DNA of 54,658 nucleotides, the filler included, from Catajapyx aquilonaris (lineage: Eukaryota): the NCBI GenBank assembly GCA_000934665.2. It is 3 parts of 3 records of this genome, joined end to end, with 100 filler letters (N's around TTAATTAATTAA, not from the genome) between each part and the next. Parts side by side here need not be neighbours in the genome. Positions count along the whole stretch, not along the records: positions 18,486 to 36,512 come from JYFJ02006804.1; 2 more parts are not named here. One strand, written 5' to 3'. The notes under the pieces are model-generated. The model worked only from the letters and a program-made list of their open reading frames with translations, was not told the DNA's origin and did no database searches. Below are positions 21,601 through 35,127 of this stretch, piece after piece (the stretch's first letter is position 1; the number at the start of each line of letters is the position of its first letter). The position numbers and the translations under genes are program-made.

Positions 21601-24600
21601 CCTCTGGAAATCTCTCTCCGAAGCGGATGCATGTACTTTATTGGCCTTGGAACCACTTCCTCTGCTGGCGTGGGAGGTATTCGCCTGTATTACACGTAGA
21701 GTACAAAGCCTGAGGAGAGACGGACTTGTTTGCCCTTACATAATGTACTCTAATGAAATTGGAGAGATCAGCCCTTTTGTCAACCCCCCGCTTATAGTTG
21801 GAGGTGATCAACCGAATTTTGAAAAGGGGGGGCGTAATGTAATTCAAACAGGCTTTTCCGCGGGCCCCGCATGATAAAGTGTATAAATTAATGAGGGGCA
21901 GTGAATGCTGGCCGGCGGCCTTTTCAGGACCAATCAGGCGGATCCCTGCTTGATAAACTCCTCTCGCCGATTTTCGACTAAACTGAATTTATATTTACAC
22001 GGCCGCGTTTTGTGAAATCACTCGGATTAATCCACCTGCCTTATTCCCTTACCCCTCAGAGATATGGCATCATGAAATTTGTTCCCTCCCCCCCCCCCCA
22101 GAAAAAAACCGCCCATGTAGTTCACTAAAAATCCCTTTTATGTCGTAAAGCCAACATCCGGTCATTTTCCCCTCAAACACGAACCGCCCTTTTACCCCAG
22201 CAGCTATAGGCGTGTATTCCAAAAGGAAGGCGTGTGTCATCCTATAGCTTATTGATAAATAGCAAACAGAGAAACTTTTGCGGTATATATAGGGTTGATT
22301 GAGTGTAGTGCTGACAGATTAATTAAATTGTTTGGTGTTAGTGACAGCTGTCAGAATGCATGCAACTATGTAGTGCAGGGCTAATTTCCTAATGGCCCGA
22401 TTAGTAAAAAGACAAAAAGACATTTTGGGGCACGCCAAACGAACTGTTGACCGCAGTTGTTGAGTGCACTACAAAACCGGACGACCAAAATTACCCGTGT
22501 AGTATATAGTGCAAGAATGAGTTTCGCTAAAATTTCGATCCGGGACTGGACAGCACCTAAAAACCGCTGATATAAAAACACCTCGAAAAAAAAATTAATG
22601 GTGCACTGAACCGTAAACCAAATCATTAGCAGGTGCAAAAACTTTCGCGCTTCCGCCCAGATGTAATCAGCGCGGTTGTTCCTTTCATATGCTTCAAAAG
22701 GTCGTTCGTGCATAAAACAATGCAGGCAGTAGGAATCAAACGGTTCTCAATTAACTTTTACCTAGACAATAATTGTGCAATGATGTGCACCCCGTCACGC
22801 CCGACACAAGCGTACAGGTCCGTAATTAATTTGGGAGTTATACCGGCTATACCATCCCCCCAACGACAAGAATCGAACCTGACATATTCAGCTGACACAG
22901 TTTAATTACACCAATTACCCCCCACACACACCCGTGCTTTTTAAGTACGATGTTGGTCCAGAAATTACTCATTAGCCTTTATACAATTATTGAAAGCCTT
23001 ACATCCGAATAAAATAGTGCCAAGTTCGTAACATGTAATATTTTTTTTAATATTAAAAAATGCGAAATAGCATGTGTCGCGGTAGGTGCCAAAATGTCAC
23101 CATGCTTTGTGGGAGAAGCCAAAGAGAGTGTGAAAATGACGATGGATTTTCACCTCACGTGGCTTGCCCCTTTTGCAAAATTGATTCCAACGTGCGAATC
23201 GGTCCAGCTAAAGCGATTCCTCGTGCGTGGCTGGGCAGGGAGGGGATATAGCTGCGGGTGAAATAAAAAAATGAAACAGACCGACAGACAAACATCGTAA
23301 TAGCCGACCATGCATATAACGATGATGTAATGCGGAATATCTGGCACTATAATGGTACAGGAAAATATTGTATGCATCGTGCAGGTTTAAATTCTGATAT
23401 GCTACAAAAATGCACACAGACTTTTCCATCGAAGTGCATTAAAAAGTGCCAGGAAATTCGATTTGAACAGACACAATGTTGTACCAATTTCCAAAATGAA
23501 GCAGCTTTTTTGCAGCCCGTTCCCGTTCATCCTGACTGTTCAGGGCAAAATGTAAGCCTCTCTTGCGCAAAGGGTAGTCTAGAAGCCAGGATATACTCTC
23601 ATTCAGACCAACCAATCCGAAAATTATGATGCCATATTGTGCTCAGCCTGTAACAAAAGGGCCAACGCTGCTTTCAAAAAAAATATTTAACAATGCAAAA
23701 GGATGCATCCTGATGAAACCCCAGCGGAAAATCTGCAAAACAAAGACAACCCCCCCCCCCTTTTTTTTACGAAACGAAAAAAACAAATCCGAGAGCTCCA
23801 GCAAACCGTTGTTTTCCATTCCCTGCGCTCATTTCCAGAATCCTGCTGTTTTTAGACAGGACCAATCACGGAGATTAGACCGAAAGTCCTCCGTTTACAG
23901 TACAGGTTGTGTTTGCGACGTGCAAGTAAAGTGTACGTACAGCATATGCACGGGCAGAAAAAGAGTCACTGCAGTAGTTGCATAAGTAGACCTTCCCACG
24001 CACTTTTTTTTTTAAACGCGTAAAATGTCATATGTCGTGAGCTTGTTATGCGCAACTACATTACCATTTAGTGTATACTCTCGTGGTGTATGAATATATT
24101 AAAATTTCCTACAAGCTCGTATTCACGAACATTATTTTATTTGCCGTATATTGCCACAAGCATTAGCGTAAGAAATAAATTATAGCCTATCTATATAGTC
24201 AGCGGTTTAGCACATTCCATTGATTATTTTGCAATTCTATAAGCGCTGGTCTTCGGTGCAATATGTATTAATCATATTCGGCGAGAGTGTGAATTAGCAT
24301 AGTGCCCTGGGAAAATTAATAAATTCGTAATTACTTTTCAGGTGAATTCGATAGACTTGGGTTAAATTTAAACGCAGGAAACTCATTGCAACTACACTAT
24401 ATCGCATGCAACAGAAATTCATATATAACATGCTGTTTATGCAAAATTTTGAACATTATTCACATCCAGAACCACCAAAGTCAATTACTTCTGCCAATAC
24501 TAATACTAACACTAATGTAATACTAATGAGCATCAGTATTATACTGCTATAATGTGGATCTTTCCGAAACTAAGGTGAACCTATATAAAAGTCGCCTCAA

Positions 24601-24853
24601 ACAACATATTTGCATCAAGCATAAATGATACAACAGTTAGTGATGTTTAAACACCATCCCAGTAAGCATTAAAAAAAACACAATGAATAACCTATACTGT
24701 CACCAGATATGTGAATGTATTTTTAATCACAATAATTGATGCGCCTATAAAATACTATCTAACTGTACAGTGTATATAGCTGTAGAGAAGGAATTACCTA
24801 ACGTCAATTATTTTCCTCCTCAATTATTATTCCAGAGCCCGCCCAGTGTAGCC

Positions 24854-25161
24854 ATGGTGAGTCAAGACATTAGTGTTCAACCGGGTTCGGTCGAACTCTG
24901 GATGTCAGACCAAGTGTTGTACGGAAACTACAGCCAGATAGAGGTGACCTTTGCTCAATCCGACCCCTCATTGCGTCCTCCTTTCGGCCAAGTCCAACTG
25001 ACTGCTGGCAACATGAGTCAAGACGACCTCAACATGACCCTTCCCCAGCTGCCCATCGACATGCGATTCAACGACGGGCACATCATCTCCATCGTGGTGT
25101 ACAGCATCCTTCTCGTGGTGTCTGCCATCGGGAACATCACAGTGCTCATTATCATCCTGAG
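24854..25161 (+). CDS. AkhR: AKH/RPCH-type receptor (GnRH receptor superfamily GPCR), coding exon 1: N-terminus and TM1
   Basis: Acceptor ttccag ends at 24835. ATG at 24854 is in GCCATGG context. Encodes ...LPIDMRFNDGHIISIVVYSILLVVSAIGNITVLIIIL, with the DMxFNxGH motif of AKH receptors, the TM1 GN motif and N-glycosylation sequons NYS, NMS, NMT. Phase-2 donor AG|gtcagt. Confidence 0.9.
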
Positions 25162-26667
25162 GTCAGTCTCGCTTGCACATATATTATATCCCAGCGCTTC
25201 ATATTGGACAAGTACTCTACAATTCAGCAGCAAACGCCATCCCTTCACTTTAAATAGCCCCACTTCTTTTGAGCGAAAATTTGGTCGACGCGATCAATAA
25301 GTCATTTTGAAGGCCTTTTTGTGCATATATGTGATTAAACGTTTAATAAAAATCAATGGGGGAAACACCTGTACGAATTATTCTTCTAATGAGTCAGGAT
25401 TTAAAATGAAGCTATTTACGCAAAAGCACCGTGCGCTATTTAAAAAGTCTAGACACAGTCTAAACCGGCTCAAAATATGTTAGACAGCAAGTCCTGACTA
25501 TATATAAGCTTAGATCAAAGCATGTCGGTTTCTTTGAAAGAGGATAATTTCATGTAAAGCCCTAATCAACTTACGTTGACAACAATGCCACAAAGAGTCA
25601 TATACGTCCTGTGGGTGACGCGATCCATTTCCTCACTGTGAATATAATACAGTGCGAAGTATGCACCGTGCAAGGTACTGCGTTGTACAAACTCCGAGAA
25701 GGACATTAATAATTTCCAGCTATAGAGAAAAATCCAAATATTCTCAAAGTGGCAATTATAATAATTAGGTCTCATCATATCCTTGTGATTCTATAAATGC
25801 CTCAATGCGGACTGTGATTTTTGATCCCCCCCCCCCCTTCCCATCAGGTCGCAATCAATCAAAATGTACTCTCAATGAGCCTAATTTAAACTACTTTCGC
25901 GAGTTCCAAATCCTTGCGATTGAGCCTCTCTCTCCTATATATGTAGACTATCGATCTAAAATGCTGGAAGGATATCTAAGCCCTCGTAGAGTTCACGAGT
26001 CCATTACAGTCCCTCCAGTTTGTTTGGCCGATCCGGATTATTCCACGTAGCTGTAGCTATAACAACGACGGATTTCTACTCTTTTTCTCTGCCATATAGT
26101 GCAGTACTTTACTGTCTCTTCTACAGATCGGCATAGAAAAGTGAATGTTTGCCTAGAAAACCTTTCTTTCCTTTTTTTTTACTGAGGAATACTGAATAAA
26201 ACCGGTGGATGAGATGCTCTTCTCAAAATACCACTTCCTTTTATATGCTCCAGCTGTCCTGCCCAGATTCCGAGCACATCTTCCTGGCCAATTTAGGTCC
26301 AGAGTGCTGAAACTAACAGCCTGATATATGCCATGCCACAAAGCTTTTTGTGTGCTCAAATGTCGAGGCAGAACTCGGAGAAAAATGGGCCTAACAAATG
26401 TATACTGTACTAACTTGAGTGTCTGAACACGGATTCCTTTCTCCCCACGTTACAAACAAGGATTCAACTTATTCGAGTCTGAAAGGGCAATCTGCATACA
26501 GTGAAACTATGGAGTGTTAAAAGAACCGCAATTCCGCCTACGCACCGACACCAGCCCCTCAGTACACAGTATATACACCCACGTGCTGTGCTGCTCGCAA
26601 TTTAATATCCGCCCAATCCACCTAACGCACCGGATTTAATTCGCCTTGAATCGCCTTGACTTTCCAG

Positions 26668-26764
26668 GTTCCGGCGGAAACCCCGGCTGAACCGAGTCAA
26701 CCTCCTCCTGTTGCACTTGGCCATCGCTGACCTGCTGGTGACTTTCCTCATGATGCCTTTGGAG
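26668..26764 (+). CDS. AkhR: AKH-type receptor coding exon 2: ICL1 and TM2
   Basis: Acceptor tttccag. 97 nt, completes the split Arg codon, then FRRKPRLNRVNLLLLHLAIADLLVTFLMMPLE (TM2 LAxAD motif). Phase-0 donor GAG|gtaaag. Confidence 0.93.
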
Positions 26765-29625
26765 GTAAAGCGGCTCTTCCCCGGCCATTCATTCCCTTCA
26801 TTTCCGCCTTTCGAGCATCCTCTCGACACCCCCCACCGGATCCCATCAACTCAATTTGTGGAAAGGGGAGAGGGGCTAGCTCCCAACCAACATCCTACTT
26901 TGCGCCAAGATGCAGCATCCTCAAGCAAAGGTCCACCGGAACCGGGGCCTGATAAAGATATGTGATGGGGGCAAGGCTCGCCCTCCACTGATGGCTGATA
27001 TGCTAATGGTATATATTCGAAGGAGAGGCCTGCAGCTCTCAAATCAGAAGATGGGTATCTAAAGTTTGAAATTCTCGTAATCAAAATGAGCGCAGGGGGG
27101 AAAGGAGGGGGCGTGCAAACATTCTTCCTCCCATCATCTGCCCCCCTCCCCTCCCCGAAGCCTTCCGCTTGAGACTCCATGATTAAGCCAGCTCCAGGAT
27201 TATTTTCCTGGGTTCTTTTGAAGTCAACATGGGATCCTCTTTCTCCCCTCCCATCCCATTGTGCTCCGAGATCCAAAAAGGATTCCAACTCTGTTTTTCA
27301 CTCCTAGCTTTTCATTACGGCCCTCAGCTTCCGGTTTAACGTCGCAGTTAGGTCAAGATGCTAATCTGCAAAAATTGAAAAATGTGTCGAGGACATGGCT
27401 AAGTGCTCGGTTTCAAGATTGTGTTCAACAACTCCGAAGTGGGATCAAATGGGAGAAAAGGCCCCCAGGAAAAATCCCTGAAAGGATATTTTTGTATGAA
27501 AAGGGTGCAGGGGCTTGGCAACAATTTGAATAGTGCGTATATAAAAAGCATCAATCGATCCTCACTTGGTGTCGCACTGTCATGGCATCATCGCTGTAGG
27601 GTTCAATGAATCCTCGACTTTAATTTTACTTACACCTTTTACCGTACAATATAGTGCAAAACTAATTATCTTCCTTGTATATCCCCGATTATCCGCGATT
27701 TGAAAAAATGAATTTTAAAAAAACGTTCAATTTGAAAAATCCAACGAGTACTGTTATTAAAGTGCACTATACTGTCTACAACAACTTTTATAGGCCTAAC
27801 TATCACATTGCTTTTTAATGTCCAGAGTGCATAATATTTATTCTTAAATTAAACTTCAGCACATGCTCTACGCTTAAGAAATAGCGGCAGGAAGCTAACT
27901 TAATTAACTATATAATGCACACATACATCAAGAGCTAAACAACGGTTTAAATACGCCTGGTTTAATGACAGAGTTGGAATCAACGCAGAAGTAATCTAAC
28001 ATGATTCCAGACTGAACTTTTCGGATTCAATTATATCGGAATCGTGGCTTCCTATAGATGGAAAAGCGTTTAGCTGTAGAGCGCAGTCGGTTTAGCGGAA
28101 AATGATAACCGCAAAATGGAAAACGTTACGCGATAAGCCCCAATCTCCATCCATTTCATAGTCGATTATACAGCGTGATGAGAGACGTGAGAAGTGCGGG
28201 CGGTATAGGGGGGGGGTCTAATGCGGATCTCACTCTATATAGCTCTCTCTATGGCATCATATAGAAGGCGACGAGAGCCAGACAGAGAGATTAAATACTC
28301 CAGCAGCCTCGTTTGATGCGATTTTTGGGGATTTACAATCTGACAGCCAAAAGCGTGGTGCATTTAAACCACCCCCCCTTTGCATAGTTCCCCCCTTTTG
28401 ACGACGACGAAATTGGAACATAACGTCATGCAGTAATCAAGTAGTGAGACCGTCATTTATGATGTAGCTATTGTAGCGTATGTACGGCTTGCAGACGCAC
28501 TGAAATTTAGGAGTGAAGCAGTGATTTTCGGGATATTCTCATTACTTTTCACATATGCTATAGGCTGATAGGAACTGGCATAGCTGTATCATTTGTATGT
28601 TGATCAAAGGCGAGAAAACAGCAATGCTATAGTGGGCATTATTTTATACCTTCCCTGTATGTGGTCAGGTACTACATATACCAGACCATTAGGATCCCGC
28701 ATGAGTCTCACACCCGTAAGACAAATTTAATGAGTAGGTCAATTACACTCAGTGCCGCTTACGGGTAAACGGACGCTAATTGTGTATAGCCTTTGCAATG
28801 CGCAAAAAGCCCTTCCTCCAGCCGAAGCCATTTCCATTCCCCGCCTAATATTACCTATTCTGTGTGAGTTTCCATCAATGCCCCCTTAACAATGCCCTTT
28901 GATGTGGCCATCTGACCTGCATGAATGACCTACACACTTGACTGGGAGTTCAAGTGCTTCCCAACTTGTGAACTGCACTCTCTGTACACTGTCGGAAGAC
29001 CTTCAAACTTTATTGGGAATGTATAGCAACTGATGCAGACTATCGACAACGGACGAACTTCGCATGGGAACGTGAGAATATCGCTATTTGCGTCGTCACA
29101 GCTCTTGCTCACTGTCCAACAATGGACACTGCGGCTGGCGATAAACAATATCCTTCAGCACTGCAAGCATTTAGCAAAGTACAGCGACATTTCCCAGCCC
29201 CGTTTATTACACTATGCATACAAAAGAAGTACAATGTCAGAGCAACTAGTAACAACGTATACAGTACAACTGCAGTCTGAATGTTGTCAGACGAATGCGA
29301 ACAGCCCCCCGCCTTTTTAGCCCAGCATCCCGTTTGTTTTGAACAAAGCGAGAGAGAAAGTGGCCTGAATATTCACACCGAATGAATGCACGTATGGGAT
29401 GTCAAGCACTCGCACCACTATTTGCATTGTTTCAAATGCATATGTGAGCATATTGTGGAAGCGCCCACAAACATTCTTTGTATAGCAAAAAAAAAAGGGG
29501 GGGGGGGCGCTGAAAAGTCGGCTTATGCCTATGGCTATATGAACATGAATGTTCATAAAACATTCGCCACAACAATTAATGCCTGAAATATCCAAGCTAA
29601 GGTCTTATAACGTACTCTATACTCA

Positions 29626-29807
29626 AGGCCGGTATCCACGTACAAAATTCTCGCATACGAGGAGCCGCGAAGAGCCAACTGCGCATGCCCACAGATACGA
29701 GAAAGTTGAAAATTTTCAACTTTTCCCCCTTTCCTCGTATCTGGGCATGCGCAGTTGGCTCCTCGCGGCTCCTCGTATGCGAGAATCTCGTACGTGGATA
29801 CCGGCCT
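29626..29807. mobile_element. PIF/Harbinger-type hairpin MITE in intron 2 (182 bp)
   Basis: TIR aggccggtatccacgtac, 3-bp TSD TCA on both sides, almost entirely palindromic. Confidence 0.9.
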
Positions 29808-31228
29808 TCAGACCTGAAAACTCCCCCTCTCATCGCGTTGTTATCAGTTTCCATCCGTAATGAGTGGGGTTGCCGTTTCGGCGCTGGTGTCGCTCCTAAT
29901 CCTCGCAGGAGCGACACCAGCGCCGAAGCGGCAACCTCCGTCCCTACAGGTGGGAAGAAGTAAGCTCACGGGTGTCTCCATGAGGCTGATGGGGTAGGAG
30001 TTGCAGGGGGGGCTTATGTTTCAAGCACTGTGCAACATCCTTCTTGGCATGCAACGTGTAACTTCACTCGAAACAGAAAGTGGCGCGTCATTATACGTTG
30101 ACTTCGGCCTGAACATTAACTAAACCACCGTTCCGAAGTTGGTGTACCGGTATCTTCTGTTAATTAACATTCCCAAGCGCCTCCTGTGAGACCATCGAAC
30201 TAATATTCCCTGGCAGTAATCCTCCCAACTCTCTAATTTGGGCGTGTGGGAATGTGTCCCTCTCTGCCTCTGCTGGCTGTGTAGCATCCGTCGAGAGAGG
30301 AACTTCTTCTCTTCCCCCCATCTGCCTCAAACCCAGCAGCATCTATAAAGGGTTAGAGCCGCAATTCTCCCGAGCTCCACCCGACTTAAAACCCGAACAC
30401 AACCAATCCGCTTTCCTGCTAAGGTGGAATTCAAATCAAAGGGAAAACATGCCGGACGTCACAAATTCAATGCGAACTCATTTCCATGCCAAAAGACAGG
30501 GAGGGAGGGATGCGGGGGAGGGGCCCGAAGCAAAATAGATTCGTCTCGTGTCACCACGTAATTGGAACCAGGCTACTACTACGTTTGTGCTTCGGAATAC
30601 CAAGGCCCTTTCCTTCAGAGAGCGTCTTGCCTTCAGCTCTGCGCTGCTGTACATACACCGCCTACATCCTCAGGAATAAGAAGTGCATTACTTATATACT
30701 GTAGGCGGGAGGGCAACAATAAAGGACTTGGAAATTGGAAGGAACCGGCAACAGACGGCGCAAATTTGACGGAAGATCAGCTTTTCCATTGGGCGCGCTT
30801 AATGAGACGCAGCATTAACTTCGTATGGCTTTGCAATTCACGAGGCACCTGATATCTCCACGTCTCTCGTCGGAGGCTTATTGCAAATAAAGCCTGGGTA
30901 TAACAATAATAAGGGAAGCCTCCAAAGATGGATTTCGCTTGCAAATCTATTCCAACAACAGTTGTTAATAACAAGCCTTCTTGTAACATATACCCTTGTC
31001 TGGAAATGTGTTTGCTCGAGGACATGTTTTTTTTACAGAACCCTGTGAGACTCCTCTGTGTACTTTATATGTTGTATGTTTTACTCTTCAGATTGAGAAA
31101 TGAGATTCCGGTCGATAGTAGCACGGGTGAAATTGTGCAATATTGATATTGGCACAAGCCACTCGGAAAGCGTGCAAAGAATTTCTGACGTATTTTATTT
31201 TATTTATATATAGGAGGATATGACCCTA

Positions 31229-31436
31229 ACGCCCGGTTCACACGTGGCCACTTTTAGTGGCAGCAACACTGGCCACAGCAACTGACCATCACTTTTGGAA
31301 ATACACAGTATTATTGAATTATAGAGCATTCACACGTGGCCACTGGCCACTCTCTCATTCACTGTAATTCCAAAAGTGGTCGGTTGCTGTGGCCAGTTGC
31401 TGCGACTAAAAGTGGCCACGTGTGCATGGTTTGCGT
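31229..31436. mobile_element. Degenerate Harbinger-like MITE ~290 bp upstream of exon 3
   Basis: cacacgtggccacttttagt / actaaaagtggccacgtgtg inverted arms. Confidence 0.7.
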
Positions 31437-31726
31437 TTCATTCAAATTTTGATTAAATATTCACTTGCGCATTCGTGCATATACAGAGCAAACATTGCGA
31501 TTTGGTAATAGATTTACTGCGGTATTACAGCAGCCAACATGAAATATTTGATATAATTTTATTCAAATTGCGTTTCTCTGCGGATGTCCCTCACCCGGTT
31601 CCCTCCCCCAATTCCTCAGCGAATCTGGAACCAATCAGTCCAAACGCTTTTGATATCAGCCTGCGGGCTTTTTTCCCCTGCCCACTGCCCAATTCTCACT
31701 TGTCTCATTGCACTTTCCCCAATCAG

Positions 31727-31954
31727 ATCGGTTGGGCTGCGACGGTGTCGTGGCGAGCTGGCGACGTGGCATGTCGCCTGATGTCATTCTTCCGGACCTT
31801 CGGCCTCTACCTGTCCGGATTCGTGCTCATTTGCATCAGCGTGGACAGGTACTTCGCAGTGCTCAAGCCATTAACCCTGTCCAGGGCCGACAGAAGAGGA
31901 AGGATCATGCTCTACATGGCCTGGGCAGCTAGCGTCGTCTGCAGCATACCGCAG
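31727..31954 (+). CDS. AkhR: AKH-type receptor coding exon 3: ECL1, TM3, ICL2, TM4
   Basis: Acceptor ctttccccaatcag. 228 nt: IGWAATVSWRAGDVACRLMSFFRTFGLYLSGFVLICISVDRYFAVLKPL...AWAASVVCSIPQ (TM3 Cys, DRY, TM4 W and P). Phase-0 donor CAG|gtacat. Confidence 0.95.
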
Positions 31955-34925
31955 GTACATACAGTGTATAATATGCAGTGTTCTCGTGCATGAAGAATAT
32001 ATGCATGCTGTTGGCACAGCATCAGCACAACAATTGAATTTTAGCGTCGTGCTCACCCAAGCCTACTGCTGCAATCATCAAGCGCGGATTGAAGCTGCAT
32101 AAACACCACGATGCTGGTAGCTTATACTGGCATGTATATAGACGAGTAACCATTTGTAAAGAGCTGGCATGTTGCATGTGTTCCTGAGAGAGATTTTCAT
32201 CGCTTACACTGCGAATTTTACCTGCTGCAAAGGGCAAACCAGATGGATTTGCATGGTGCATGCGAGATGAGCTTCACTTCCACATGCTCGTCTTTTGATG
32301 CAGTAATTATTATCATCAACGGAAACAGAGAAACAAAACATGCAAATTGGTAATGGAATAAAAACAATGAGCAGGCAGTGATGAATGACATAACACAGTA
32401 TGGTAAGCTGCAGGATGGCAAGAATTCATCTCTACGCACGTACACGCTACGACAACACCTGACTTGCAACATTGGCAGCTGGCTTCCTAGCTGCTATATA
32501 CTGATTTCTACAGGAAGTGTACGCAACAATAATATTTCCAATGATAACACGCAGACAATTTTCTAAATATTTCCTCCTTGTCGTGTAGAGGGCTCTTTCA
32601 CATTAATGCTGATAATACAATCAGGGCGTGTATCAATTAAAACAGAGGACCCGAAAATGCGCAATATTGCAGAAAAATTCAATATTTGTGGCTCACAAAA
32701 AAATAACTGCTTTATGCACGTGCCTCTGCGATCAAATTAATTTCATGCAGAACCATAGGATAGGCTATATGCAGAAAGTTTGTTTTATGCAAACAAACAA
32801 CGAATATTCGTGGTCACTACAACTTAATATTCAGTATATATCCAGAGATATTGCAGGTAAAAAATATGGTAAACTTTGGCATTGCTAGATGGAAAAGGTC
32901 GACGGAACAGTTTTCGTCTCCCCAACTAACACCACAAAATAAAACGACCCCATACAGTGATTATTAAATTAGCTCCTGACATTCGACTGTCCAGCGTAAG
33001 ACAGACGTCCTCAATATGGCAAAACGGGTCGTGATGCTGCTGGAATTGGCTCACGTGACATGTCGACAAGAGCCCCCGACGAGAGTCATCCTTCCTTATC
33101 ACATGAGACACGCGAAGTCTGGCCGCGCTTTCGTGACAAGTAGCCATTTTTATTCCGCCATATTCAATCCTGAAAGTCTGGCCAGGGGCTGATTCAGGAG
33201 GGGTGTGGGGTGGGGTGGGGGTTCCAATCTCAGGGAGAGTGGACCACCTGAAATCTTCCCAAGTCCTACAGCACGTCCGACTTGAATTATACACATCGCA
33301 AATGTCATCTCCAGTACAGGCTTGAATGGCGTCGTGTTTGTCAAAAGCGCCCTTCAAAAAGCTTTCGCTAATGAAAATGCTCGTCCAAACTGCTGTATAG
33401 CAACAGAGTAGGTGAGTCAATAATTACATGCATTGTTCATATGCCATCCATTGTAGAGCTATATACATGAGGTCTCAACGGTAATAATGCTGCCAAAAAG
33501 ACTTCCAGGCAGACACTATAATGCAGCCATGGCTTAAACTCTGAGTCTGTCAATATAAGGGCATTCTGCGCATAATAATTTGGCTAACGGTATTTTGTAA
33601 AGCATGTTTACGTGTAGACCACTGATTGCTGCTGTAATTAAGCGACACAACAACATATAGCCGGCGCATGTTTTTCCCTCGAATTGCAAGCGCGCGTCTA
33701 CAAATTATCAGACTTAATTATTCCGTCCACTTCTGACACAAGTACACATTTTAAATGAAAATGACCAAGAAGAAGAGGCCCTGCTGGACTGCGTAATTGT
33801 GATGACTGTTGTTAAGTGTACAACCTTGCAGACTAATCCAGACCAAAAGCCTTTATGCAATTGTTACGAAAAATGACTCTCATTAATACTTTTTTATGAA
33901 CATAATTCTTTGTATATGATTAAGAGTCACTGATTGCGTAATAGCAATGTATGGTCCAACCTTTGCATATCATGTACAGCGCAATAAAATTCATGCATTA
34001 CATGCAATATTACGCCAATTGATGGACGCAAATGATACAGCAGAGTCCGCAGGTGCGTTTGAAATGTGATTTTTTTTTCACCCCATGTTCTATACCGTCC
34101 AATAATTACGAGGACTTGAGGAGTACAAAAAAAAATAATGCCAGGCAACTTCTGGCATATTACGCTAACTAGTGGTTCACCTGACTTGGCTATATACAAT
34201 GTCTCAAGGCAGCAGCAGTTATCGTTTCCTTTTACGCGGGGCTTCACGCGAAACCGCTCGTTTCTGCCCATTTCATTGCCCGGGAATTTAATTAGCGGCG
34301 TGCAGCAACTCCGGCTGTGATTTTGTAGCATCTGAATGTTTATTAGCCTACAGAGCAACCCAACTTGATGTGAGCATTCCCCCACATTTGCAAGAACGGC
34401 TGAATTAAATCGCGGCCGCTTTGGCAACAAGTAGTCTCCCCGACCGTGCATAGGATCTCCCCTTTTGATGCATATAATTTGCCAGGGGTTTTCCCCCAAC
34501 TCCACAATTGTCCGCAGAAATCCTCTTGTTTTCTCGTCCTTCTCCCCTTGACCACCGATAGGATTTCGATCCTCGCCTGGCTTGGATGGACATTAATCAA
34601 GCCGGAATGTAGAGGCAATTAGAGGGGAAACCACCACCGCACTTTCCGACAATAATAATTCATCAGCCAAAGGAACGGGGTATAAACGCGACCCATCACA
34701 GCGATCAAGAGTATAAAGCAACAATTCCTTCCCAATTAGCCAAGAGATGGGTCCTTTTTTAAAAAAAAGTTCTTAGTAGGTAGTAGGTAGTAGTGGTTGA
34801 CTTATTGAAACTGTTACTTTGTCGTTGCTCTCTTCTTGCCTTTTAACTCTAGTTTGTGTAACGCGTAAAAAAATAATAATTTCCAGCCAGTCCCTTATAC
34901 GAGGTCGGTTCAATGTCTTTTTCAG

Positions 34926-35127
34926 ATGGTGATATTCCACGTGGAGGCCCACCCAGTCTTCACGTGGTTCACCCAGTGCGTGACTTTCAACTTCTTCGTG
35001 TCCGAGACCCACGAGCTGATCTACTCCCTGTTCGGCTTCGTGGCCATGTACGGGCTTCCTCTCTGCGCGATCATCATCTGCTACGGATCCATCCTCTGGG
35101 AGATCTTCAAAAACAGTAATTGCCAAG
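34926..35127 (+). CDS. AkhR: AKH-type receptor coding exon 4: ECL2, TM5, start of ICL3; gene is 3'-incomplete in this window
   Basis: Acceptor tctttttcag. MVIFHVEAHPVFTWFTQCVTFNFF...YSLFGFVAMYGLPLCAIIICYGSILWEI (ECL2 QCVT, TM5 YxxP). Phase-1 donor AAG|gtacac, with an alternative phase-1 donor after 35115. Confidence 0.92.

Noticed and set aside
31844..31856. Intron at the DRY codons (GACAG|GTACTT)
   Set aside because: The reading frame continues with AKHR-like sequence through TM4, so this is exonic.
33927..34505. 192-aa minus-strand ORF, and other long ORFs such as 32926-33420 and 46237-46755
   Set aside because: No recognisable domain, mostly non-ATG starts, and positions in introns or GC-rich elements. 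Consistent with chance ORFs.
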